From positions 192,001 through 256,000 of the forward strand of contig CAXXWX010000015.1 of the NCBI GenBank assembly GCA_963675745.2: 64,000 nt of DNA. The letters run 5' to 3'. Shown piece after piece: positions 20,671 to 29,717 of the stretch (the first letter of the stretch is position 1; every line of letters begins with the position of its first letter). The translations under genes were made by a program, and so were the position numbers. The notes under the pieces are model-generated. The model was not told the origin of the DNA, ran no database searches, and saw only the letters and a list, made by a program, of their open reading frames with translations. The stretch is from Phycisphaerae bacterium. GTDB taxonomy: Bacteria > Planctomycetota > Phycisphaerae > UBA1845 > Fen-1342.

Positions 20671-23076
20671 TCAAGGCTCGCGCGGGCCGGCCCCCGGCCG
20701 CGGCGCGCCAGCCGTCCAGTTCTCGTTAATCCGGCGGGCAACCGTCCGACAGGCCCGTTCCACCAGGGAATCAAATGGCTCGACGGTTCCCTGTGCGTCA
20801 CTCTTGACCGCGACCGTCGGCGTGTCGGGCGTCTTGACGATCGGCCCGAATTCAAAATCCGTTACCGTGTCCAGCACGCTGAGCTCGAGCGCATAGTGCC
20901 AGTTGAACCAGCCCGCCGGATAATCGCCGCGCTGCATCCCCGTGCAGGCGGCGGTGGCGTGACCGCAGATCAGGATGTCGCAGGCGTTTTCGCGCGCCGT
21001 GCGAACGAGGGTGGCGCGATCGGCCGTGGCGGGCACGTCCACACTCACGATCCGCGCGGCCTGGTCCTGCAATTCACGAGCCAGCCAGCGCTCCACCGTT
21101 CCGCGCTCGGGTGAGGCATCCGCGGAAAGCGTCTGCGCTACGACCACCATGATGGCGGGCTCCCCTGCCAGCAGCGGCGGCCGCCAGAGGTCTTGCGCGG
21201 TGACCGTATACTCGCGCTCGATCACGCTGTCAGGTGTGTGCGACCGCAGGGTGACGTATACGGTGCGACCGTCGGTTGGCAGGTCGCCGACTTCGCAGTA
21301 CTCCCCGCGCACCGTCGTGCTGCAAAGGTCATCGAGGCGCGGCGAGGTTCCAAGCAGCAGGTCACGGCGCTCCACCGCGGTTCCATTGCTGACTGCAAAA
21401 CGCACGCTCGGCCCGTTGAGCTGGGCGCCGTCGCGCGGACTGGTGATCTCGGCGGCCACTGGCTCGGGGGGGGTGTCCGTGTCATCGACTACGCTCGCGG
21501 AGGCAGGCTCGGAAACCGCGTCTCCGGCGCGCACAGACGCCGCCGTTGGCGCCGACAGACCGGCCCGCGTGCTCCAGGCCAAAACCGCCAGCAGAAACAC
21601 AACCGGCACGAGGGCCACGGCCCAACGGGTGGATCTCCGTCTGCGGCCGGCCGGTCGGGGCGGTTTATCAGCGGACTTGGTCGGCGGCACGACGGTACCA
21701 CCATCGCGGTCCTCGTGCAGCCAGCGCGTTAGATCGTCAATCAGCGCGGCACAGTCGGCGTAGCGCGCAGCGCGGTCTTTGGACAAGCACTTCTGGCAGA
21801 TGGCCGCCATGCGCGCCGGCACCGACGGCACACACTCGCGCGGCGGCTTGGGCTGCACGCAGACGACCTGGTGGATGGCCTGTTCGAGCGTATCGCCATC
21901 AAAGGCCGGCGTGTACGTCAACATCTCGTACAGCGTGGCGCCGAGCGAGAAGATGTCGCTGCGGGCATCGATCGGTTCGCCGCGCATCTGCTCCGGACTG
22001 CCATAGCGCGGCGAGCCGAGCAGATCACCGGGCTGGGTCATGCCGGTGTCCTGGTTGAGCTGCTTGGCCAACCCGAAATCCGCGACCACAATGCGGCCAC
22101 GATCGGTGAGCATTACATTCGCCGGCTTGATATCGCGATGGACGACGTCGCGCTGGTGTGCATAGCGCAGGGCCTCGGCAATCTCGATGGTCCAGCGCGC
22201 CACCTGACGGTGGTAACGGTCGTGAAACCACGCCGGTTGTCGCGCGCGCAGGGTCTTGGCGTCGAGTGTGTGGGCGCGCAGCTCCGCGCAGCGTTTCGCC
22301 ACGTCCGTCAGCGTCGGCCCATCGACAAGCTGCATTACGATGTATGCCAGATCGTCGCGCTGTCGGTAGCGGTGGATGCGGACGATGCCCGGATAGTCAA
22401 GTCTCGCCGCCCGTTGCGCTTCCAGTTGGAAGCGGCGTCGGAAGCCTTCCTCCAGGAACAGGCTCGAGCGCAAGACCTTCACGGCAACCGGGCGATCCAG
22501 CGAGCGCTCGTAGGCACGGTAGACCGTCGCCTGTCCGCCGCGCCCGATCAAACCCAGAATCTGGAGATCTTCGTCCAGCACCGGGTGCGGGGATTCAAGC
22601 TCCGGCGGTGACTGGGATGGCGACGAAGGTTCACCGCCCGGTTCGAGGAAATCGGGGCTGTCTTCTTCATCTTTCAGATACAGTTCAACCGCCTCGCGCA
22701 GCTCAGGGTCCGCCCCGCAGGCCTCGGTGAGATACGCGGCACGACGCTCCGCCGGCAGCTCCCGCACGCTGAGATAGAGCGCTCTGATGCGCTGGTGGCG
22801 GCCGCGTCCGCCTGTTGTCTTATCATCCGGCGGCGGCGTGGCCGGGCCGCCGACAAACGTCTGCTGGCTTGGACCGTGGAGGATATCGGCGAGCGTCGGC
22901 CCGTCCGCGCCGCGCCGCGTCTCGTACTCCTGCCGGCACCGCGCGCAACCGCGCAGATGAACGCGCAACCGTGCGCGCCGCTCACGAGGCAAGCCGGCGC
23001 CAAACAGGGCTTCGTAATCAGAATCAGTCAGGCACTCGCTCATCGTCTCTCTCTCGCTGACGTCATGCGTGCTCAT
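20671..23076 (-). CDS. Membrane Ser/Thr protein kinase with N-terminal zinc-finger (HxxxCxxC) and an extracytoplasmic C-terminal region
   Basis: HLRGCARC; GRGGQATVY, VAVK, HRDIKPAN, DFG, YGSPE; TM WAVALVPVVFLLAVLAW. Confidence 0.9.
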   Translation of the reverse strand: MSTHDVSERETMSECLTDSDYEALFGAGLPRERRARLRVHLRGCARCRQEYETRRGADGPTLADILHGPSQQTFVGGPATPPPDDKTTGGRGRHQRIRALYLSVRELPAERRAAYLTEACGADPELREAVELYLKDEEDSPDFLEPGGEPSSPSQSPPELESPHPVLDEDLQILGLIGRGGQATVYRAYERSLDRPVAVKVLRSSLFLEEGFRRRFQLEAQRAARLDYPGIVRIHRYRQRDDLAYIVMQLVDGPTLTDVAKRCAELRAHTLDAKTLRARQPAWFHDRYHRQVARWTIEIAEALRYAHQRDVVHRDIKPANVMLTDRGRIVVADFGLAKQLNQDTGMTQPGDLLGSPRYGSPEQMRGEPIDARSDIFSLGATLYEMLTYTPAFDGDTLEQAIHQVVCVQPKPPRECVPSVPARMAAICQKCLSKDRAARYADCAALIDDLTRWLHEDRDGGTVVPPTKSADKPPRPAGRRRRSTRWAVALVPVVFLLAVLAWSTRAGLSAPTAASVRAGDAVSEPASASVVDDTDTPPEPVAAEITSPRDGAQLNGPSVRFAVSNGTAVERRDLLLGTSPRLDDLCSTTVRGEYCEVGDLPTDGRTVYVTLRSHTPDSVIEREYTVTAQDLWRPPLLAGEPAIMVVVAQTLSADASPERGTVERWLARELQDQAARIVSVDVPATADRATLVRTARENACDILICGHATAACTGMQRGDYPAGWFNWHYALELSVLDTVTDFEFGPIVKTPDTPTVAVKSDAQGTVEPFDSLVERACRTVARRINENWTAGAPRPGAGPREP

Positions 23077-23088
23077 CTTGTCACCTGT

Positions 23089-24345
23089 TTAGTCCGATCG
23101 TCGCAGCCGGGTCTCGATCCGATCGCCGCGCGCGTCGAGCATTACGAGTTGGTAATTGCCGAAACGCATGCGGGTGAGCAGATCTTGCAGTTGCTGTCGC
23201 GTGAGGCGCGTTCGCACGGCGAGCGTCACGACCTCCCCGATGCTCTCGTGTTCCTGCACGTGCAACACGTGCTCCCGCGCCGCAATAGCTTCGCGCATAC
23301 TCAGTGTTCTTTCCGGGCTGGTGTTCTGGATGGTGACGAAGACGGTCTGGCCGAACTGCCCAAGCTGGGCATAGGCCAACACCAGCTCCTCGACGCACCG
23401 CAGGCCTAATGCGCGACCGCTGTGCTGGAGGGCACGAACCGCGCCTTCATCGCCCGAATATTCCGAGGCCCAGGCTTCGCTGACCGGCGGCAACCCGCGC
23501 AGCAGCTCACCAGTCGCTGACGAGTGAATCACGGCCTGTGTCGAGGTCTTGTAGTCGGTCAGCCGGCGGGCCGGATTCGGATCGCCGGGCCGACCGGGGA
23601 TTTCGTGGACCTGTGCGCTGCCGACGACGTAAAACGGCGCGCCCAGATCGGCCTGCGCGTGGCGCAGCGCCGCGGCGTTGGCCTCGCCGTCGGCACGCGC
23701 GATCCCCATGGCCTTCAATTGCTCCCAGCGGCTGCGGACACGCACATCGAGGTTGAACTCCTTGAGTGCGCGCTCCAGTTCCGCGGCGACGTGCCCGCCG
23801 GCTTCCGAGCCCGGTTCGTCAAACCAGACCATCAGCCGCGGCGGGACTTCCGCGCTGAGCACCCGGCTGAGCGCGTCACAAAGCTCGCGCAGGCGCATCT
23901 CGTCAAGCTCGGCGGTGATCCTGACCGTGTACTCCTCGTGGGCGAAGCGGGGGCGGCGTCGGTCGGTGATCCGCACGTCGAACACACACTCACGCGCGAG
24001 CAGCCGGCGCGCCGCCGGGTAAATCCAGCCCGAGCGCAGCGGTTCCAGTGCCGGCCCGGCGTAACGCTGAAGGAAATTCTCGCGCGCGTTTTGCAGAGCC
24101 TCCTCCAGCCGATCGCCACGGGCGCGCCCCGAAACCACGCGCCCCGGGCCGGGCGCCGAGAGCGTCGCCGCCGGCACCGGCGCGGTGCTTGCTTCCGGCG
24201 GCGGCGGGCTGGCGTAGCTCGGTGGTCGCCGCCGAACCGGCTGCGGTGATCGGTATCGCGCCAGGGGATCCTCATCGCGGGCCGTGCAGTTGGTTGTCCC
24301 AACAAGCATGATGGCCAAAAGCACCGTTGCGAACGCGCGATGCAT
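23089..24345 (-). CDS. Exported hypothetical protein (possible lipoprotein) with FlgT/CsgG-like alpha/beta segments
   Basis: Hydrophobic N-terminus ending VGTTNC; Pro-rich linker; 'GRARGDRLEEALQNARENFL' and 'PRLMVWFDE...LGAPFYVVGSAQV' patterns; tightly coupled to its neighbours. Confidence 0.6.
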   Translation of the reverse strand: MHRAFATVLLAIMLVGTTNCTARDEDPLARYRSPQPVRRRPPSYASPPPPEASTAPVPAATLSAPGPGRVVSGRARGDRLEEALQNARENFLQRYAGPALEPLRSGWIYPAARRLLARECVFDVRITDRRRPRFAHEEYTVRITAELDEMRLRELCDALSRVLSAEVPPRLMVWFDEPGSEAGGHVAAELERALKEFNLDVRVRSRWEQLKAMGIARADGEANAAALRHAQADLGAPFYVVGSAQVHEIPGRPGDPNPARRLTDYKTSTQAVIHSSATGELLRGLPPVSEAWASEYSGDEGAVRALQHSGRALGLRCVEELVLAYAQLGQFGQTVFVTIQNTSPERTLSMREAIAAREHVLHVQEHESIGEVVTLAVRTRLTRQQLQDLLTRMRFGNYQLVMLDARGDRIETRLRRSD

Positions 24346-24347
24346 GG

Positions 24348-25529
24348 CTAGTGACCTCCTTCGGCAACGCTGCCGACAAGCACAGGTTCGCCGCGACCGG
24401 ACGGCTGCGCGCCGTGACGCGCCTGCTGGGGCATCTGAACCGGAGTGATAACGGAGCCGTTGCTATCGAGCGCATCCGACACGCGTTCGATGGCCCGGCG
24501 GGAGAGGCGGATGTAGCCGTCGTCGTCCTCGCGCTCGTCGTCGTCGCGTTCCTTGACGACGAGAGCCTGACGGTAGTGTGTCAGCGCACCTAACAGGTTG
24601 CCGCTTTTTTCGGCAATCAGCCCGAGACCGAAGTGGGCCTGGTAATCGTCGGCGCTACGGCCGACCAGCGCCAGCTCAAACGCGCTTCTCGCCGCTTCGT
24701 ACTCGCCGCGCTCGATCAGCTCGACGCCCGCGCGGCAGTGTTTGTTGCGCGATGATTCGAGCGGGATGCTCACGGTGCGGGCACCACCGAGCAGGCCGCG
24801 CACGAATTCATCCGCCGCTTCCTCCAGCACGGGGGCCACGAGCCGATCAACGGGGGGCATCTCGCTGAAGTCACGATGGCGCGCCAGGAAACCGACGAAG
24901 TTCGGCTTTAGCTCCTCGCGCTTCGGTTCAGCGCGAATGGTCCGCTGACACAAGACACTCCCGTTGAAAAGCTCAATGCGGACCCGCCCGCTGGGACAAA
25001 TCTGGCGTCCGACAGCGCGGAACACTTGCCGCCGGTTTTCGCCAACCGCCCGCTCGACGCCCCATTGCGACTCTGTAACCTCGACGGTGCAATCGATCAC
25101 GACAAGAGCATCCGCCCCTATCAGCTTGCCGTATTCGGCGGCGGCCCCGGGACGAACCAGGTCAGATCGCTGCAATTTGTGTTCGTCGAGCACGCGTTGC
25201 ATTTCGGGGCCGCGCAAGACCGTCTGCACATGCAAACCATCCTGCATGTCACGCCGACCCAGCAATGTGCCGATCCGGTTGGCAACCATCGGCGCGTAGT
25301 TCTCCACGTAAGTCCGCGACCCGCTGACCGGGCTGTCCGCCTTGAATGGCGGCCGCGCCGGCTGCGACGCGTCATAGACCACCGCGATGGTTTGGATTTC
25401 AGCGGGCAACTCCACGCGCGGCCGCTGGTGGGAAATCGCGACCAGCGCCTTCTTATGACAGCCCGCGCCACCGGGAAACAGGAACACAATCACAAACACC
25501 AACGCCAGTCCCGTACATCTGCGGTTCAT
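24348..25529 (-). CDS. Lipoprotein with CsgG/HfaB-like domain and C-terminal TPR
   Basis: GGAGG RBS, then MNRRCTGLALVFVIVFLFPGGAGC; EMQRVLDEHKLQRSDLVRPGAAAEYGKLIGADALVV; TPR-like 'AHFGLGLIAEKSGNLLGALTHYRQAL'. Confidence 0.72.
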   Translation of the reverse strand: MNRRCTGLALVFVIVFLFPGGAGCHKKALVAISHQRPRVELPAEIQTIAVVYDASQPARPPFKADSPVSGSRTYVENYAPMVANRIGTLLGRRDMQDGLHVQTVLRGPEMQRVLDEHKLQRSDLVRPGAAAEYGKLIGADALVVIDCTVEVTESQWGVERAVGENRRQVFRAVGRQICPSGRVRIELFNGSVLCQRTIRAEPKREELKPNFVGFLARHRDFSEMPPVDRLVAPVLEEAADEFVRGLLGGARTVSIPLESSRNKHCRAGVELIERGEYEAARSAFELALVGRSADDYQAHFGLGLIAEKSGNLLGALTHYRQALVVKERDDDEREDDDGYIRLSRRAIERVSDALDSNGSVITPVQMPQQARHGAQPSGRGEPVLVGSVAEGGH

Positions 25530-25926
25530 CGGTTGACCTCCCATTAGTTGTGTCTTGGCGACGCGAATACCCACTGGCACCATGCCTGACAGCCACCGCG
25601 CCACGTGTCCGCTCTATGAGGCGAAATCGGGGAACGGCGGGCGCGAAAAATCGTCGCCGTAGTGCGGGAGGAGTTCGCACGCTGTCCTGCCGCAACTGTC
25701 ATGTGCCACGGAATCGAGGGAGTGGAGTGCCAGTGTCGTTGCCAGCTCGGCTGTTTGGCGCGTATGGCTGCGTAGCGGCCTGCGCCTCGCAGGCCGTCGA
25801 TGTATGACGAGTGTCCTCAACCTCCACAGACCTTCGTCCATAAACGGCGTTTCCAAGATCGGGCGGCCGGCGAGGCGCCGGCCGTTACACGTTACGCCGA
25901 AGCATGGCGCGAAACACGGAACGCCC

Positions 25927-28497
25927 TTAGTGGGAACGGTGCTGGGGCGTTATGCGCTTGGCGGCCGGCCAGCGGGCTTGCAGTCGCACGAGCAGGCGGC
26001 GCAGTGCCGAGCGGCCTTCTTCCACAACCGGCAGAATGTCAATCCGCCCATACGGGCCGTCCTTACGGTGCAGGAAATAAACGCCGGCCGCGCTGTAGAT
26101 GCTCGTGAACACCAGCAGTGCCACGATGCTCGCAAACCACCCGTGCGAGTGCGGATCGGTCGGGAAGTGCTGCGGGTCTAGCAGTGAGCGCAAGGCATCG
26201 AGCCCCCAGTAGCACGGGATCAACGCCTTGCCAATCAGTGCCAGCGTCCCTTCCAGCGGGCCCAGCGCCTGTGTGAACAGGATCTGCGGCATGATCAGGA
26301 CCACCATCGTTATGACCGCCTTGTCCGTCGTGTCTACGGCACAACTCGCCGCCAGCCCGAGTGCGGTCGCACTGAACGCGATCAGGAACATGGTGATCAG
26401 CAGGGCCAACTCGCTGCCGGCGGCCAGGTCGAGCGGTCCGCCCCAGCGAACAAACAGGTACATCACCAACACCTGCACCGCATTGACCACGCCCAACACC
26501 GCCAGCTTGCTGCCCAGATACGGCAGGATGTGCAGCGTGGCGAAACGCTCGTGCAAGTAGATGCGCAGCTCCTTCACGACCTCTCGAATCGACCCGAACA
26601 GGCCGAGGAAGAACATGCCCACCACCACGGCGAACGTGATGTTCATCTGCCGCGCGCCTTCGGTGGCCCCTTGAGGCAAAGATCCGAAACGGTAGCTCAC
26701 CAGCACGCCGAGTATCGGCGCGAGGCCCAGCAGCAGCGCCAACGCGCGCGCGTCGTTCAACAGCACGCGCGTAAAACGCCGCAACAACACGCGAAACTGC
26801 GTGGCGTACTCGGGTGAGCGCACCACGCGCAGCAAATCCCCGGGCCGGAGCTTGGTACGTCGTTGTTCAAGCGCCGCGTTGTCGGTTTGCGCCTCGAGAC
26901 AGCGACCAGAGCAAGCCCGCGTTTCCTCGAAGCGCTGGGCCCACTCCTCGGCGGTATGGCGCGGTTCACGCCAGAAGACCTCCCGGATATTGTCCACGCC
27001 GAAGTGTTGCTTGAGCTCGGCTGGCGTCCCGTAAAACGCCAGCCGCCCCTGGATGAGATAGATCACCTTGTCGCAGGCTTCGAGGCTGTCGGCGTAGTGC
27101 GTGATGCACAGTGTGGTAACACCGCTGGCGGCCACATCGCGGAAGATCCGCATCATCTCGGCCTCAGTCCGCAGATCCAGACCACTGGTGGCCTCGTCCA
27201 GGAAGAGCGCATTCGGCCGACTCAACAGCTCGATCGCGATTGACACCCGCTTCCTCTGCCCCCCCGACAGGTTGCGCACGGCGACGCCGCGCCGTTCAAA
27301 CAGGCCGACATCACGCAGCACGCGGTCTACGTTTTGCTCGAGCTCTTCGGTTGACGTATCCGGCGGCAGACGGATTTCCGCCGCGTAAGTGAGAGCATCG
27401 GCGACGGTAAGCGCATCGTGGAAGATCAGCTCTTGCGGGACGTAGCCGATGCCGCCCTTGAAGGCGTCGAAGTGGTCGTAGAGGTTGCGGCCGTTGTAGA
27501 GCACCGCGCCCGCGGTCGCCGGCCGACGGCCGTTCATCGCGTCCATCAGCGTCGATTTACCGCAGCCCGCCGTGCCGAATATGCCGACAAACTCCTGCGG
27601 CGCGATCTTCAGACTGACGTCGGCCAGTAGTGGCGTCAGGCGCCCATCGTCCCGGCTGACTACCTGCTTGCCGAGACCCACCAGCTCTATATTGATGCCG
27701 GCGTCGCCGACCTGTTGGGCATGTTGCACGGCGTGCGACGTCAGTTGCCGCCCGTCAAACGCAAGGTCGAGTGATCCGAACCGAACATGATCACCCGCCC
27801 GCAACTGTGCCCGGCCGCGCAGCCGTTGCTCGTTAACGAACGTGCCATTGGCTGACCGCAAGTCACGGATGATCAGGCGCTCATCACGCCGTGTAATCTC
27901 CGCGTGACGACGCGAAACGGTCGGATTCGCCAACTGGCAATCACAATCCTGCCCGCGGCCGATGATCGTGACGGGCCGCTCAAGCCGGATCGCGATGTTC
28001 GGCATCGCCGGTGCATGTCGGCGGCGCGGATCAATCAGTGTGTCCAGCACCTCGGGATCACGAGCCGGGCGCCGCCCCCCCGATCCGGCGCCTGGCATCG
28101 CTGTCTTGGAGGGATCCGTTCGCACGTCGAGATCAGCCGCGGCCGACAGCGGCTGGGCGACCCGCCCGCGCTCGCTGTCGCCGGCACACGACTGCAAGGC
28201 CACGCGCAGAGTCGTGGCGCCAAGCCGCAGCGCGTCGCCGTCGCCAAGCGCCGTCGAAGCGGACACCTGCTGCCCGTTGCGATATGTACCGGACGTGCTG
28301 CCCAAGTCCATTAGCACCAGAACGTTTGACTCGTAGCTGATCTGGCAGTGGACACGACTGACCGCGGTGTCGTTCAGCACGACATCTGCGTCCTCGCCAC
28401 GCCCCAGCAGAATATGTCCGCTGCCCGAGCACTCACGTTCGAAGATCGGCCGCGAGTTGGCATGCTGGCCGGCGGTGAGCGTCAGCCGGTAATGCAT
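25927..28497 (-). CDS. FHA-FHA-ABC transporter (ATPase fused to ABC-2 permease; Rv1747-like architecture)
   Basis: Two FHA domains (LGR..VSRVH..DLGSTSGT; IGR..VSRRH..DLRSANGT); Walker A GTAGCGKST; LSGGQ; FLDEATSGLD; about 6 C-terminal TMs; GGAGG RBS before ATG 28497. Confidence 0.92.
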   Translation of the reverse strand: MHYRLTLTAGQHANSRPIFERECSGSGHILLGRGEDADVVLNDTAVSRVHCQISYESNVLVLMDLGSTSGTYRNGQQVSASTALGDGDALRLGATTLRVALQSCAGDSERGRVAQPLSAAADLDVRTDPSKTAMPGAGSGGRRPARDPEVLDTLIDPRRRHAPAMPNIAIRLERPVTIIGRGQDCDCQLANPTVSRRHAEITRRDERLIIRDLRSANGTFVNEQRLRGRAQLRAGDHVRFGSLDLAFDGRQLTSHAVQHAQQVGDAGINIELVGLGKQVVSRDDGRLTPLLADVSLKIAPQEFVGIFGTAGCGKSTLMDAMNGRRPATAGAVLYNGRNLYDHFDAFKGGIGYVPQELIFHDALTVADALTYAAEIRLPPDTSTEELEQNVDRVLRDVGLFERRGVAVRNLSGGQRKRVSIAIELLSRPNALFLDEATSGLDLRTEAEMMRIFRDVAASGVTTLCITHYADSLEACDKVIYLIQGRLAFYGTPAELKQHFGVDNIREVFWREPRHTAEEWAQRFEETRACSGRCLEAQTDNAALEQRRTKLRPGDLLRVVRSPEYATQFRVLLRRFTRVLLNDARALALLLGLAPILGVLVSYRFGSLPQGATEGARQMNITFAVVVGMFFLGLFGSIREVVKELRIYLHERFATLHILPYLGSKLAVLGVVNAVQVLVMYLFVRWGGPLDLAAGSELALLITMFLIAFSATALGLAASCAVDTTDKAVITMVVLIMPQILFTQALGPLEGTLALIGKALIPCYWGLDALRSLLDPQHFPTDPHSHGWFASIVALLVFTSIYSAAGVYFLHRKDGPYGRIDILPVVEEGRSALRRLLVRLQARWPAAKRITPQHRSH

Positions 28498-28725
28498 CGG
28501 TCTCGGCACCTCCCAGTATGGCGGGCGACGGGCCGCCGGGCGACCGCGCCGCGAACACCGATGTAGTGCGGTTTCAACACAGTTCTGACGTTCTACGTCG
28601 GCCACGGGGGGCCGACGCTACTTCTGCGTCTGACGTTCTGCCACTTCTGCGACGAGCCGTCGTGCCGGCGGCCAAGTGGCAAGTCGCTACTTGGAGAGGC
28701 GTCAAACGCCGCGTTCCCCGCGCAA

Positions 28726-28744
28726 GAAAATTGTGACGATTTTC
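28726..28744. promoter_or_regulatory. Near-perfect palindrome GAAAATTGT-G-ACGATTTTC in the divergent promoter region
   Basis: 8/9 arm match; AT-rich site between the divergent starts at 28497 and 28791. Confidence 0.5.
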
Positions 28745-28790
28745 GCGTGGGGCTGCTTATCACTTCACGCCTCATTGGCCGGAGGCACGA

Positions 28791-29528
28791 ATGACCATGC
28801 ATCGACCACAATCAACGCTCCAGCTTCAGGAAGCCGCGCGTCCGACGCAAACGCAACCACAGCGGGTACCCGCACGCGTTGTTCCCCGGGACCTGAACCC
28901 GGCGGCGCTACCGGCCGGCGAACGCGCGGCTTCGTCACGGGATCAAACGGCACCCGCCACCGCCGCCGGACGTCCCCGGGGGCGGGCCTGGAAGCTGCTC
29001 GGCGCTGCGGCCGCCGCCCTGGTCGCATGGGCCGTGCTGTTGGCGCCATCTCCACCTGATGGGCCCTCGCACCCGCGCTACCACCACCACATTGAATCTC
29101 CGGCGACAGAGATCATTGTCGGTGACGAGGACATCGACCGGGCCAACACTCAGGCAGCGCGCACCGGTAACGAGGCGACTCTCGCATCCGAACCGCTGGT
29201 CGCAACGCTCACGCCGGGCGCGCGGGCGGAGATACGCGCCGGTGATGCGCGCTATTACCACATCTTCCTTTTTGATAACTGCGACGAAGACGGCGACATC
29301 GTGCAGGTGTACTTCAATGGGGCGCTGCTCGGGGAGGTCCCGATTACCCACGCCGGCACGACTATCTCCGTGCCAGTCACGCAGGGGGCGGCCGGCCTGC
29401 TGCAAATCGTCGCCGTTCACGACGGCCAGGGTGGCATCACGGTCGCATTTCAGACCAGCGCCGGGCGCCGTTATTCCCGGATTCTCCAGGTCGGCGAGAG
29501 CCAGGTGGTCAACGTCGTGGCCCCCTGA
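28791..29528 (+). CDS. Single-pass membrane hypothetical protein with C-terminal beta-rich domain (FDNCDEDGDIVQV motif)
   Basis: GGAGG RBS; TM LLGAAAAALVAWAVLLA; acidic motif DNCDEDGD. Confidence 0.75.
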   Translation: MTMHRPQSTLQLQEAARPTQTQPQRVPARVVPRDLNPAALPAGERAASSRDQTAPATAAGRPRGRAWKLLGAAAAALVAWAVLLAPSPPDGPSHPRYHHHIESPATEIIVGDEDIDRANTQAARTGNEATLASEPLVATLTPGARAEIRAGDARYYHIFLFDNCDEDGDIVQVYFNGALLGEVPITHAGTTISVPVTQGAAGLLQIVAVHDGQGGITVAFQTSAGRRYSRILQVGESQVVNVVAP

Positions 29529-29717
29529 CGCTCAACGGGAGCAAAGCCGTGGTCAACCGTGTCAAAACACTGCTTCAGCAATCACCGGCGTTTCGCTATG
29601 CCGCGCTGGTCGCCGCAATTGGAGTGGCGGTAATGCTGCTCGGGGCGGGCCCCGGCAATACAAGCGCGGCGGGATGACCATGAACCGGAGCACACACGGA
29701 TGAGGACCGGAGGCACC

